In this document: piece by piece, positions 49,703-59,642 of the stretch
Position numbering within the stretch: position 1 is the first letter of the stretch
Layout of the letters: the number at the start of each line of letters is the position of its first letter
Assembly (NCBI GenBank): GCA_964291265.2
Contig: OZ219747.1
Span: forward strand, 2,336,001-2,400,000
Reading direction: 5' to 3'
Length of the DNA stretch: 64,000 nt
Source: Alphaproteobacteria bacterium
GTDB taxonomy: Bacteria; Pseudomonadota; Alphaproteobacteria; SP197
Program-made: the position numbers and the translations under genes
Notes under the pieces: model-generated
Seen by the model: the letters and a program-made list of their open reading frames with translations, nothing else
Told to the model about the DNA's origin: nothing
The model's database searches: none

Positions 49703-51181
49703 TCACCCCTTGTTAGGGTCTGGTTGTCCGTAGTGCTGGTTGAGGATGTCTACGGCCTTTCCGTCGAGGGCGATGTGGATGGCGACGTGAGGGTTGTAGC
49801 CGAGTGCGTCCATGGTGGTGAGGTAGCTTGAGCCGCGGCACCATGCTTTGGCGTGGGGCATGGTACGGAAACATCCGGACACCTTGATCTTGACCTTTGT
49901 CATCCTGATCTTCTGCTCTCCGGTATTATTTGTGAAACTGACATTGGGGTCCTTCATGAAGCGCAGGACGGACTTCTCGTGTTTCACGAGACGTTCATGC
50001 AGGTTGTGCGCGTCGGACTTTGCGATGCGTCCCCGTTTTCCTTTCGTCCGTGGCGGGATGTCGGGCAGTTCCCTGGCGCCCTGGGTGAGGATGGTGCGGT
50101 AGCGCTTGCGCACGGCCCGGCGGTCGGCCTCGTTCAAGGTCTTGGATGCGCTCTTGTTGACCCTGCGGGAGACCTCGCGCAGCAGGCTTTTCATCAGTCG
50201 CGCCCAGCGGTAGCCGTTGGACTCGACGACGAAGGTCAGTTCGCGCAGGAGATGGCTGCCGCACAGTTGGTGGCGGCATTGATCGTAGCCCATGTAGGCA
50301 GCCCAGCAGTCGTGGATCAGGACGCCCTTGTAGCGCGGGATGATGCCGATCTCTTCGATCGCCTCCCGGCCGCGCTTGGGGTGCGGGAACTTGCACGTCA
50401 GGGTGCCGTCGGTGACGACATGGAGCCATTGGGTCTTGCCGGCGACCCGGAAGCCGGTCTCGTCGACATGCAGGGCCGGTTGTTGCAGGAGATGGGCCAC
50501 GGCGGCCTCCTCCCATGATGCGAGGGCATCGTGAAAGCGCCGGACATAGCCGAGGCAGGTCGCCTCGGAGAGCTTGATGCCGGAGATCGCGTGCACGAGC
50601 GAGACGGCACGACGCAGGGACAGCATCTGGGCGATCAGCAGGTTGATGACGAGGGCCTGGATGCTGACGCCATACTGCAGGGGGCCCGGCATGTTGTCTG
50701 GGAACCGGCCCTTGGTCCGGGTCCGGCACTTCGGGCATTCCTTGATCTCGGCTTCGACGCGGCGCTCGACGACTTCGAACACGATGTCGTAGAGGACGCG
50801 GCACTCCCGGTCGACGGGGTCGACATCGTGGAGGTCGGCGCCGCAGGCGTCGCAGGCATCGACGACGATCGTCTCCTCGACGGTGGTCGTGCGCAGGTTG
50901 TCGCCCGTCTGCTGGTTCGGTTTCGGGCCCTTGCCGTGGCTCCCGGTGCGCCTCGCGCTCTCGTCCTTGTCAGTCTGCGATGGCGGCAGACCGGAGTTCC
51001 GGCTTGTCTTGCGTGTGATCTTCTCCATGAGCACGGTCAGCAACAGCTTTATCAGCATCAGCATGCCGCGGAAGAGCTCCTCGCACTCCTGGTTGACCTT
51101 GCCCTGCTTGCGGAGATCCTGGAACTGCTTCTGGAAGACGTCGGCCTCCTGGCGCACAGACGTGCCGTTCACGCTCGCCAT
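49703..51181 (-). CDS. IS66 transposase
   Basis: SRNSGLPPS, CDAC/CPKC, HVDETG, IHDCW, HQLCGSHLLREL, TNNTGEQKIR; stop lies within the TIR. Confidence 0.95.
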   Translation of the reverse strand: MASVNGTSVRQEADVFQKQFQDLRKQGKVNQECEELFRGMLMLIKLLLTVLMEKITRKTSRNSGLPPSQTDKDESARRTGSHGKGPKPNQQTGDNLRTTTVEETIVVDACDACGADLHDVDPVDRECRVLYDIVFEVVERRVEAEIKECPKCRTRTKGRFPDNMPGPLQYGVSIQALVINLLIAQMLSLRRAVSLVHAISGIKLSEATCLGYVRRFHDALASWEEAAVAHLLQQPALHVDETGFRVAGKTQWLHVVTDGTLTCKFPHPKRGREAIEEIGIIPRYKGVLIHDCWAAYMGYDQCRHQLCGSHLLRELTFVVESNGYRWARLMKSLLREVSRRVNKSASKTLNEADRRAVRKRYRTILTQGARELPDIPPRTKGKRGRIAKSDAHNLHERLVKHEKSVLRFMKDPNVSFTNNTGEQKIRMTKVKIKVSGCFRTMPHAKAWCRGSSYLTTMDALGYNPHVAIHIALDGKAVDILNQHYGQPDPNKG

Positions 51182-51846
51182 GACGACGCCTCCACCGCCA
51201 TGACAGCCGCCAGCACGGCGAGCCGCTCGCCTTCGGGCATCGTCCGGTAGCGCCGCGCCCAGCTCTCTGCGAGGCGCTTGATGCGCTGGCGGTCGATCGA
51301 GTTCCTGCCCGCACACGTATGCCAGTGCGGCCGGCCCGGTGCGAAGTTGAACCACAGCTTCTCGGTGACAACGCAGGCCTGGTTGTTGACCTGGACCTCG
51401 GCCGAGCGCCAGCCGGCGAGGTGCGTGTCGTAGAGCCGCGAGGGATAGCCGGAGATCATCACCTGGCAGGGCAGCGACGTCAGGATGTCGAGGAGCGCAA
51501 CATGGTCATCGTCCGTGCAGTCGAAGCGGTAGCGGCGCTGCGACCGGCGCGTCGACTGCACGTAAGGCGGGTCGCAGTAGACCAGCTCGCGGCCCTGGAA
51601 GGCGAAGGTCTCGAGAAAACGCAGGGCGCAGCCTTGGTGAAGCTCCACCGGATAGTCACAGCGGAAGGTGTCGATCGCCCGTCGGTTGAGGTCGATGCCG
51701 ATGCTGCGTAGCGCCGGAGGCTTGCGCTTCATGATCGCGCCGCCCCCAAGGAACGCCTCGATGTACACGTCATGCGGCGGCATGGCCGCGACGATCGCCT
51801 GGCTCAGACCCGTCGTCGCCTTCGATCCGTACCATGCCGCCATCAA
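51169..51846 (-). CDS. Short Dam/D12-class N6-adenine DNA methyltransferase
   Basis: YGSK, YIEAFLGGG, YCDPPY, MISGY; ATG at 51843; overlaps transposase start by 13 bp. Confidence 0.9.
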   Translation of the reverse strand: MMAAWYGSKATTGLSQAIVAAMPPHDVYIEAFLGGGAIMKRKPPALRSIGIDLNRRAIDTFRCDYPVELHQGCALRFLETFAFQGRELVYCDPPYVQSTRRSQRRYRFDCTDDDHVALLDILTSLPCQVMISGYPSRLYDTHLAGWRSAEVQVNNQACVVTEKLWFNFAPGRPHWHTCAGRNSIDRQRIKRLAESWARRYRTMPEGERLAVLAAVMAVEASSWRA

Positions 51847-52170
51847 TATCTCCGACGCAAACCGCCCCGATGGCCAGCATGTAGAGTGCCCCTCCTACAA
51901 TGTCAAGCGCATATCTCCAGAGGATTGGAAAGGCAGCCAACCGCTGTGGATGATTGCATCATCACGGGGACAAAACCTGGTCATACAAGGCCGGAACGTG
52001 GAGCTGAAGCCGAAGATCGATCCGCTTCTTGTCAGTCGGAACACGCACATCCGATCATCGGCAGCGAGCAAGTGAAGGCGGCAAGAGAAAATGCCGGATC
52101 CGAACCCGTCAGGAAAAACGATCCGTCATCAGTAGGGGGTGAGTAGTTACGAAATTTCGAGCTTCCTGAT

Positions 52171-52211
52171 TTGACATCCCAAAGTTTCCCAAGTATTCCC
52201 AAGATATTCCA
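52171..52211 (+). promoter_or_regulatory. dcw promoter with candidate MraZ boxes
   Basis: TTGACA at 52171, 17-bp spacer, TATTCC; TCCCA repeated every 10 bp (52177, 52187, 52197). Confidence 0.7.
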
Positions 52212-52243
52212 AACGGTGAGGCGGCGAAAACGGTCGAGCGGGA

Positions 52244-52735
52244 ATGGCAGGGAGTCCAAGTGCGCCACCGAAAATCTTTGCGGGAACGCACATCAAGACA
52301 GTCGACGCCAAGGGACGGGTATCCGTGCCGCCGATCTTTCGCGCCTGCTTCGAGGATCCCGAACAGGGTCTCTACGTCATGATGTCCGTCTCGGGAGAAA
52401 TGGCCCTCGACGTCTTCGAGCCGGAGGAGTTCTCCGGCTTCATCTCCAATTCCGAACAGGTGTTTTCCAGCGAGGCGATGGACAGCGCCATCGCCATCTT
52501 CGGTGCGTCGCTCCACCTGCGGCTCGATCGGGAAGGACGGATCGTGCTTCCGGCGGAGTTCAAGGAGTTCGCCGCCATCGATGGCGAGGCATGTTTCATA
52601 GGCCTGGGGCGACACTTCCAGATCTGGGAACCCTCGAGAGGCCGGGCCAAGCAGGAAGAGGCGCGCCGGAACACCACCCTCAAGCGCGAGACCATCAGCC
52701 TGCCGCTGTCCGCCCCGGGAGGCAGGGCGTCATGA
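52244..52735 (+). CDS. mraZ: Transcriptional regulator MraZ
   Basis: VDAKGRVSVP and LDREGRIVLP repeats. Confidence 0.93.
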   Translation: MAGSPSAPPKIFAGTHIKTVDAKGRVSVPPIFRACFEDPEQGLYVMMSVSGEMALDVFEPEEFSGFISNSEQVFSSEAMDSAIAIFGASLHLRLDREGRIVLPAEFKEFAAIDGEACFIGLGRHFQIWEPSRGRAKQEEARRNTTLKRETISLPLSAPGGRAS

Positions 52736-53682
52736 GCGCAGCCCACGTCCCGGTCCTTCTCGACACGGCGCTCGCCTGCCTGGATCCGGCCGACGGCGAG
52801 ATCATCGTCGATGCGACATTCGGCGCCGGTGGCTATGCGGCGGCCCTGCTTGACGCGGCGTCCTGTCGGGTGATCGCCCTCGACAGGGATCCCTTCGCCG
52901 TGCGCGAGGGCCGCAGGCTGGCGCGCCGCTATGACGGGCGGCTCACCGTCGTCGAGCGGCGCTTTTCCGAACTCGATGCCCTGGTCCGCGAAGAAGTCGC
53001 AGGACCCGTCGACGGCGCCGTCTTCGACCTCGGTGTCTCGTCGACGCAGATCGACGATGCCGGGCGCGGTTTTTCGTTCCGCCTCGATGGCCCCCTCGAC
53101 ATGCGCATGGGCGCCGCAGGGGCGACCGCCGCCGATGCGGTCAACGCCCTTGACGAGGACGGTCTCGCGCGGATTATCAGCGAGTTCGGAGAAGAGCGCC
53201 GGGCGCGGGCCGTGGCGCGTGCGATCGTCAGGGCGCGTGCCGAATCGCCGATCACGCGGACCGGCGAGCTCGCCGACATCGTGCGCCGCACCGTGCGTCG
53301 GTCCCCCGGGGGGATCGATCCCGCCACCCGGACGTTTCAGGGCCTGCGCATCTGGGTCAATCAGGAACTCCACGAGATCGAGCGGGGCCTCATGGCCGCC
53401 GAGGCCGTCCTGCGGGAAGGCGGGCGCCTCGTGGTCGTCGCCTTCCACTCCCTCGAGGACCGGATCGTCAAGCGGTTCCTGCGACAGCGCAGTGGTCGGG
53501 ACGCTCGGCCGGAACGCCATCGGCCCCCGGCCGGCGAGACCCCGGAGCCGACATTCCGTCTCGTGACGACGCGCGCGGTACGTCCCGCTGCCGCCGAGAC
53601 CCGGGCCAATCCGCGGGCCCGTTCAGCCCGTCTGCGCCATGCCGTGAGGACGTCCGCGCCATGTTGGGGGACGGCCGCATGA
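52732..53682 (+). CDS. rsmH: 16S rRNA m4C1402 methyltransferase
   Basis: HVPVLL, DATFGAGGY, DLGVSS, FHSLEDRIVK, NPRARSARLR. Confidence 0.97.
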   Translation: MSAAHVPVLLDTALACLDPADGEIIVDATFGAGGYAAALLDAASCRVIALDRDPFAVREGRRLARRYDGRLTVVERRFSELDALVREEVAGPVDGAVFDLGVSSTQIDDAGRGFSFRLDGPLDMRMGAAGATAADAVNALDEDGLARIISEFGEERRARAVARAIVRARAESPITRTGELADIVRRTVRRSPGGIDPATRTFQGLRIWVNQELHEIERGLMAAEAVLREGGRLVVVAFHSLEDRIVKRFLRQRSGRDARPERHRPPAGETPEPTFRLVTTRAVRPAAAETRANPRARSARLRHAVRTSAPCWGTAA

Positions 53683-54017
53683 CCGCGCGTGGAGGATGGC
53701 TGTGGATGATCGGGGCGCTTGTTGCCGCGCTCGCTGTCTTTTCCCAGCACCACCATGCCAGGGAACTGAGAACCGAACTGGAAAGGCTCGAGGACGACCT
53801 CGCCGAACGGCGCGAGAAAGTCAGGGTGCTCGAAGCCGAGTGGAGCTATCTCAGCCGCCCCGAGCGCATCAAGGATCTTGCGGGCCGCCATCTGGAGGAG
53901 CTTGTGCCGGTGACGGTCCGCCAGCTTTCCCGGGTGTCAGGCATCCCCCTGGCGCCGCCCCCGATCGGCATCGGAACCGTGTGGAACCAGTCAGGCGCCG
54001 GGGAGGAGGGATTGTGA
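53679..54017 (+). CDS. ftsL: Cell division protein FtsL
   Basis: TM plus coiled coil, AEWSYLSRPERI; position. Confidence 0.88.
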   Translation: MTARGGWLWMIGALVAALAVFSQHHHARELRTELERLEDDLAERREKVRVLEAEWSYLSRPERIKDLAGRHLEELVPVTVRQLSRVSGIPLAPPPIGIGTVWNQSGAGEEGL

Positions 54018-55711
54018 CCGGACAGGCGAAGCAGGGGGCGCCCCTGGTCCTGGAAGGCGCCGGCAAGCAGGCCGTGGGACTGTGCAAGCAACGCCTGATG
54101 GTGGTGGCGATGTGCATCCTGACCGCTTTCGTCGTGATCGGAGGGCGTCTCGTCGACGTGATGAGCGTGACGCCGGTCAAGGCCGGCATGGCGGCGGAGG
54201 CCACGACTCCCAAGGGGCGGGCCAACATCGTTGACCGCAATGGTGTCCTGCTGGCCTCCAGCCTGTCCGTCGCGTCGCTCTATGTCGATCCGGCAGGGGT
54301 CACGGACCCGCAGGCGACGGCGGCAGCGCTTCTCGAGGTCTTTCCGGACATGGACCGCGACCATCTCCTCGAGTTGCTGACCAGCACCAGGCGGTTTGAA
54401 TGGATCCGCCGCAAGCTCGAGCCGAGCGTTCAGCAGGCGGTGCGCGATCTCTACCAGCCGGGTCTCGGTTTCGCCGTCGAGGAACGGCGCATCTGGCCCC
54501 AGGGCCCGCTGACATCCCACGTCGTCGGCTACACGGACATCGACGGCCGCGGCCTGGCGGGAATCGAACAATCGTTCGATGAGCAGCTGCTCGCCGACAA
54601 CCAAGGCGACGTCGCGCTCTCCCTCGATGTTCGCGTCCAGCAGATCGTGCGCGACGAGCTCGCGCGTACCGTCGAGACCTTCTCGGCCAAGGGCGGAGCC
54701 GCTCTGGTCATGGACGTGCACAGCGCCGAGATTCTCGCCATGGTGTCCCTGCCGGACTTCGATCCGGCCGATCCGGCGGTCAGCGACCTCGGGAGCCGGT
54801 TCAACCGGGCGACCCTGGGCGCCTACGAACTGGGCTCCATCTTCAAGACCTTCACGGCCGCCATGGCCTACGAATCAGGCGTCGCCAGGCTCGGCGATGC
54901 GTTCGATGCAACGGAGCCGCTCACTGCCGGTCGTTTCACGATCACGGACTACAAGCCGCAGAGCCGCTGGCTGACCATGCCCGAGATCATGGTGCACTCG
55001 TCCAACATCGGCGCGGCACGCATGGCGCTGGCCGTGGGGAGCGACTACCAGAAGGCGTTTCTCGAGCGCATAGGCCTGCTCTCCCGGTCCGCCATCGAAC
55101 TGCCCGAGGTGACGCGTCCGCTCTATCCCTCGACGTGGGGTACGCTCAGCACCATCACCATCGGTTTCGGCCACGGCATTGCCGTATCGCCGGTGCAGCT
55201 TGCCGCGGCCGTGGCTGCCATGGTCAACGGCGGCCTGTTCCGTCAGCCGACCCTGCTGAAACCGCAGGGTGACCCGGATCCGGGCCATCGGGTGATTGCC
55301 CGGAAGACATCGGAAACGATGCGCATGCTGACCCATCTCGTGGCGCGTTTCGGAAGTGGCCGCAAGGCCCAGGTCGACGGCTATCTCATCGGCGGCAAGA
55401 CGGGTACCGCCGAACAACCGGGCGAGTCGCGCCGCTACGACAGGAGAAAGCTGATCTCGACCTTCGTCGCCGCCTTCCCGATCAACGATCCGCAGTACGT
55501 GGTTCTCCTCTCGGTCGATGAACCGAAGGGAACCGAGGAGACCTTCGGCTACGCCACGGCCGGCTGGACCGCCGCTCCCGCTGTCGGGAACATCATCGCC
55601 CGCCTCGGTCCGATGCAGGGGATCCTTCCGGATGACGGGGTCTTTGTCGGCCTGCCGGAGACGGAAGGCGATGCGAAAGAGCAGCTGGAGATGATCCTTG
55701 CGTCTTTCTGA
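54014..55711 (+). CDS. ftsI: Penicillin-binding protein 3
   Basis: IVDRNG, GSIFK, SSN, KTG. Confidence 0.95.
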   Translation: MTGQAKQGAPLVLEGAGKQAVGLCKQRLMVVAMCILTAFVVIGGRLVDVMSVTPVKAGMAAEATTPKGRANIVDRNGVLLASSLSVASLYVDPAGVTDPQATAAALLEVFPDMDRDHLLELLTSTRRFEWIRRKLEPSVQQAVRDLYQPGLGFAVEERRIWPQGPLTSHVVGYTDIDGRGLAGIEQSFDEQLLADNQGDVALSLDVRVQQIVRDELARTVETFSAKGGAALVMDVHSAEILAMVSLPDFDPADPAVSDLGSRFNRATLGAYELGSIFKTFTAAMAYESGVARLGDAFDATEPLTAGRFTITDYKPQSRWLTMPEIMVHSSNIGAARMALAVGSDYQKAFLERIGLLSRSAIELPEVTRPLYPSTWGTLSTITIGFGHGIAVSPVQLAAAVAAMVNGGLFRQPTLLKPQGDPDPGHRVIARKTSETMRMLTHLVARFGSGRKAQVDGYLIGGKTGTAEQPGESRRYDRRKLISTFVAAFPINDPQYVVLLSVDEPKGTEETFGYATAGWTAAPAVGNIIARLGPMQGILPDDGVFVGLPETEGDAKEQLEMILASF

Positions 55712-57158
55712 GCTCATCGACGGCCTGCCGGCGCAGCATCGCTGCGGGATGTCCGACGTCGACATCACCGGCCTTGCGGCCGATTCAAGGCAGATCCGGG
55801 AAGGCCATCTCTTCGCCGCCTTCAGGGGTAGCCGGACCGATGGCCGGTGTTTCGTGGACGACGCCCTCGATCGCGGCGCGGCCGCGGTCCTCCTCGGGAA
55901 CGACGGCGGGATGCCGGCACTCGCGGAAAGGGCGGCCGTCGTGGCAGCCGCCTGCCCGCGCCACGTCTTCGCCCGCATGTGCGCCCGCTTCCACGCCCCG
56001 CCACCTGGTATCGTCGTGGCGGTGACAGGCACCAACGGCAAGAGTTCGGTGGTTGATTTCTGCCGCCAGTTCTGGTCCGCCATGGGTATCCGGGCCGCCT
56101 CCTTCGGCACGCTCGGCGTGATCACGCCTGAAGGCGTCCAGGGTCTGGGATACACCACGCCCGATCCGGCCGGCCTGCATGCCTGTCTTGCTCGCCTGCA
56201 CGCCCGCAACATTGGCCGGGTCGCACTCGAGGCGTCGAGCCACGGCCTCCACCAGCGCCGCCTCGATGGTCTTCATGTCGATGCCGCGGCCCTTGTCAGC
56301 TTCAGCCGGGACCATCTCGACTATCACGTCACCGCCGAATCCTATCTCGAGGCAAAGCTGCACCTCTTCGACCTGATGCGGCAGGGCGGCACGGCCGTTC
56401 TCAATGCCGACATGGCCGAACACCGAGCCGTGGCCGACCGCCTCGGGAACCGGACCAGCGTGTCGTTCGGCGAGACGCAGAGCGACATCACTCTCGAGGG
56501 ACTTGCGGAGGCCGGGGACGGCCATCAGGTCCTCGAGGTCAGGGCGGACGGCATCACCCGCCCGGTGATGCTGCCGCTTGCCGGGCGTTTCCAGGCCATG
56601 AATGCCCTGTGTGCCGCGGCCCTCGTCGCCGCGGTCGAGGATCAACCCGTGCACGACGTCCTTGCCCTCTCCGGTCACCTCAAGTGTGTGCCGGGGCGCC
56701 TCGAAAGGGTTCCCGGTCACCCCGCCGGCGCCAGGGTCTACGTCGACTACGCCCATACGCCCGATGCCCTCGCGACGGTGCTCACCGGCCTGCGTGAGAC
56801 GACCGAGGGGCGTCTCGCCGTGGTCTTCGGTTGCGGCGGTGACCGGGACCGTGAAAAGCGGCCGCAGATGGGGGCCATCGCCGCGCGTCTCGCCGATGAC
56901 GTCTGCGTGACTGACGACAATCCGCGAACCGAGGATGCGGCATTGATCAGGCGCGCCATTCTCGCGGCGGCGCCGGGAGCGCGCGAAAGCGGTGACCGCC
57001 GCGAGGCGATCCGCAGCGCCGTGGCGTCGCTGGGCGACAACGATGTGCTGGTGGTGGCCGGCAAGGGACATGAAGGGGGGCAGGTGGTGAACGGCGATGT
57101 GCTTCCCTTCGACGACCGCGAGGAGGTGCGGCGCGCCTTCGGGCGAGGTGGATCATGA
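55698..57158 (+). CDS. murE: UDP-MurNAc-dipeptide--DAP ligase
   Basis: TGTNGKSS, EASSHGL, DYAHTPDA, DNPR, AGKGHE. Confidence 0.96.
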   Translation: MRLSELIDGLPAQHRCGMSDVDITGLAADSRQIREGHLFAAFRGSRTDGRCFVDDALDRGAAAVLLGNDGGMPALAERAAVVAAACPRHVFARMCARFHAPPPGIVVAVTGTNGKSSVVDFCRQFWSAMGIRAASFGTLGVITPEGVQGLGYTTPDPAGLHACLARLHARNIGRVALEASSHGLHQRRLDGLHVDAAALVSFSRDHLDYHVTAESYLEAKLHLFDLMRQGGTAVLNADMAEHRAVADRLGNRTSVSFGETQSDITLEGLAEAGDGHQVLEVRADGITRPVMLPLAGRFQAMNALCAAALVAAVEDQPVHDVLALSGHLKCVPGRLERVPGHPAGARVYVDYAHTPDALATVLTGLRETTEGRLAVVFGCGGDRDREKRPQMGAIAARLADDVCVTDDNPRTEDAALIRRAILAAAPGARESGDRREAIRSAVASLGDNDVLVVAGKGHEGGQVVNGDVLPFDDREEVRRAFGRGGS

Positions 57159-58549
57159 ACGGCGACGGACTGTGGAACGACAGGAGCGCCTCGCGGGCTA
57201 CCGGAGGGCGGACCACCATGCCTTTCGATGCTGAGGGCGTCGCCTTTGACAGCCGCGAGGTGTGCCAGAGCGATCTCTTCGTGGCGCTTTCAGGGAGTGT
57301 CACGGACGGCCACCGTCATGTCGGGCACGCCTTCCGGAACGGCGCGGCGGCGGCCATGGTCAATCACCGGCCCGCAGGCGTTCCCGCCGCATCGCCGCTG
57401 CTGCTCGTCGTCGACACGTTCCAGGGCCTGGAAGACCTGGCCAGGGAGGCGCGGCAACGGACGTCCGCGCGGGTCGCGGCGGTGACGGGCAGCGTCGGCA
57501 AGACGGGAACCAAGGACATGCTGCATCGGGTGCTGGCGCACCAGGGTCTCGCCCACGCGAGTGACCGCAGCTACAACAATCAGGTCGGAACACCTTTGTC
57601 CCTGGCGCGCATGCCGCGGGCGACCGACTATGGCGTCTTCGAGATCGGCACCAATGCACCGGGAGAGATCGGGCCCCTTGCCCGTCTGGTTCGCCCCCAT
57701 GTGGCGCTTGTGACCACCATCGAACCTGTGCACATCGGACATTTCGCCAACGAGGACGCCCTTGTCGAGGAGAAGGCCGCGGTCTTCGACGGTCTCGAAG
57801 AGGGGGGCGTGGCGATCATCAATGCCGACAACCGCCATGCGGCGGCCCTCGAGGACCACGCGGCGCGGCGCGGGGTGACGACGGTCCGCTTCGGCGCCGC
57901 GCCGAGGGCCGATTTCCGGCTCGTGCACTGGACTCCCGTGGCGACCGGATCGCGGGTGCGCGTGGCGGCGGCGGCAGGCGAGCTCGACTACGATCTCTCG
58001 CTTCACGGACGCCACCTGGCGCTCAACAGCGTTGCCGTGCTGGCAGCCGTGGACGCGCTGGGCGGCGACCTGCGCGAGGCAGCGGCGTCCCTTGCCGCCA
58101 TTCTCCCCCTGTCCGGACGTGGCCTGCGGCGAACCGTCGCACTGCCCGGTGGGCGCGCCGTCGTCATTGACGAGACCTACAACGCCAGCCCGGTGTCCGT
58201 GCGTGCCGCTCTCGACGTTCTGGCGCACACGCCGACGGATCCGGGAGGACGGCGCATTGCGGTTCTCGGCGACATGGCAGAACTCGGCGACGATGCCGCC
58301 TGCCTCCACGCCGGCCTTGCCGAGTCGGCCGGAGCGGTCGCGGACCAGGTCTTCACCATCGGTCCCCTCATGGATCATCTCATGGACGCCCTGCCGCTCG
58401 AATGCCGCGGCGGGTCGACCGGCGATTCGCACACCATGGCCATGCTCCTCGCCGACTGCCTGCGGCCGGGCGACGTGGTGCTCGTCAAGGGATCACGGCG
58501 CATGGGTCTGGAATCCGTGATCGAGGCGATCGCGGGGAAGGGAGGCTAG
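57155..58549 (+). CDS. murF: UDP-MurNAc-tripeptide--D-Ala-D-Ala ligase
   Basis: [32 protein letters not shown]. Confidence 0.96.
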   Translation: MNGDGLWNDRSASRATGGRTTMPFDAEGVAFDSREVCQSDLFVALSGSVTDGHRHVGHAFRNGAAAAMVNHRPAGVPAASPLLLVVDTFQGLEDLAREARQRTSARVAAVTGSVGKTGTKDMLHRVLAHQGLAHASDRSYNNQVGTPLSLARMPRATDYGVFEIGTNAPGEIGPLARLVRPHVALVTTIEPVHIGHFANEDALVEEKAAVFDGLEEGGVAIINADNRHAAALEDHAARRGVTTVRFGAAPRADFRLVHWTPVATGSRVRVAAAAGELDYDLSLHGRHLALNSVAVLAAVDALGGDLREAAASLAAILPLSGRGLRRTVALPGGRAVVIDETYNASPVSVRAALDVLAHTPTDPGGRRIAVLGDMAELGDDAACLHAGLAESAGAVADQVFTIGPLMDHLMDALPLECRGGSTGDSHTMAMLLADCLRPGDVVLVKGSRRMGLESVIEAIAGKGG

Positions 58550-58553
58550 ATCG

Positions 58554-59642
58554 GTGTTCCATGGCCTCTACCCCCTCGTTTCGGACGACATCGGTGCCCT
58601 GCGCCTGTTCTCCTTCATCACCTTCCGTACCGGCGGCGCCATCATGACCGCGCTGATCATCTGCCTGCTGTTCGGGGACCGCATCATCGCCTGGCTGAAG
58701 ACCTTCCAGGTCAAGGGGCAGCCGATCAGGGATGACGGACCGGCGCACCACATGGTCACCAAGGCGGGCACACCGACCATGGGAGGTGTCCTCATCCTGC
58801 TCTCGGTCACCGTATCGACACTGCTGTGGGCGGATCTTTCCAACGGCTTCGTGTGGATCGTGCTGCTCGTGGCGCTGGGATTCGGGGCCCTGGGCCTGGT
58901 GGACGACTATCGCAAGGTCTCGACACACAGCAGCAAGGGTCTTGCCGGGCGAACCCGCATCGTCGCCGAAGCGATGGCGGCAGTTGCTGCCGCCATCGCG
59001 ATCGCCTGGCTGACCGACGGAACCCTCGGCACGTCGCTGGCGCTGCCCTTCTTCAAGGACCTGCTGATCGACCTCGGATGGTTCTACGTCGTCTTCGCCG
59101 CCTTCGTGATCGTCGGCACCTCCAATGCCGTCAATCTCACCGACGGCCTCGATGGTCTCGCGATCGGACCGATCATCGTCGCGGCCATGACCTTCGGAAT
59201 CGTCGCCTATCTCTCCGGTCACGCAGTCTATTCCGGGTACCTGCAGCTTCCCGGGGTCCCGGGCTCGGGCGAACTGGCGGTGCTGTGCGGCGCCCTGATG
59301 GGAGCCGGGCTCGGGTTCCTGTGGTTCAATGCGCCACCGGCCATGATCTTCATGGGTGACACCGGCAGCCTGGCAACGGGAGCGGCGCTCGGCACCATCG
59401 CCGTCATCACCAAGCACGAACTGGTGCTCGCCGTGGTGGGCGGAATCTTCGTGCTCGAAACGGTGTCGGTGATTCTTCAGGTGGCGTCGTTCCGGCTGAC
59501 CGGGCGTCGCATTTTCGCCATGGCCCCCATCCACCATCACTTCGAACGCAAGGGCTGGAGCGAGGCGACGATCGTCATCCGATTCTGGATCATCGCCGCG
59601 GTGCTGGCGTTGATCGGCCTGGCCACCCTCAAGCTGCGATGA
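58554..59642 (+). CDS. mraY: Phospho-MurNAc-pentapeptide transferase
   Basis: [32 protein letters not shown]. Confidence 0.97.
   Translation: MFHGLYPLVSDDIGALRLFSFITFRTGGAIMTALIICLLFGDRIIAWLKTFQVKGQPIRDDGPAHHMVTKAGTPTMGGVLILLSVTVSTLLWADLSNGFVWIVLLVALGFGALGLVDDYRKVSTHSSKGLAGRTRIVAEAMAAVAAAIAIAWLTDGTLGTSLALPFFKDLLIDLGWFYVVFAAFVIVGTSNAVNLTDGLDGLAIGPIIVAAMTFGIVAYLSGHAVYSGYLQLPGVPGSGELAVLCGALMGAGLGFLWFNAPPAMIFMGDTGSLATGAALGTIAVITKHELVLAVVGGIFVLETVSVILQVASFRLTGRRIFAMAPIHHHFERKGWSEATIVIRFWIIAAVLALIGLATLKLR

Larger units (their letters stand above)
49695..52150 (-). mobile_element. IS66-family element (ISBst12-like) carrying a methyltransferase gene
   Basis: 15-bp perfect TIR GTAACTACTCACCCC; 8-bp TSD GAAATTTC at 49687-49694 and 52151-52158. 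Confidence 0.95.

Noticed and set aside
49703-51355. 550-aa transposase or MTase-transposase fusion
   Set aside because: Upstream part is off-frame MTase sequence; ATG 51181 has a GGAGG RBS and no slippery site is evident
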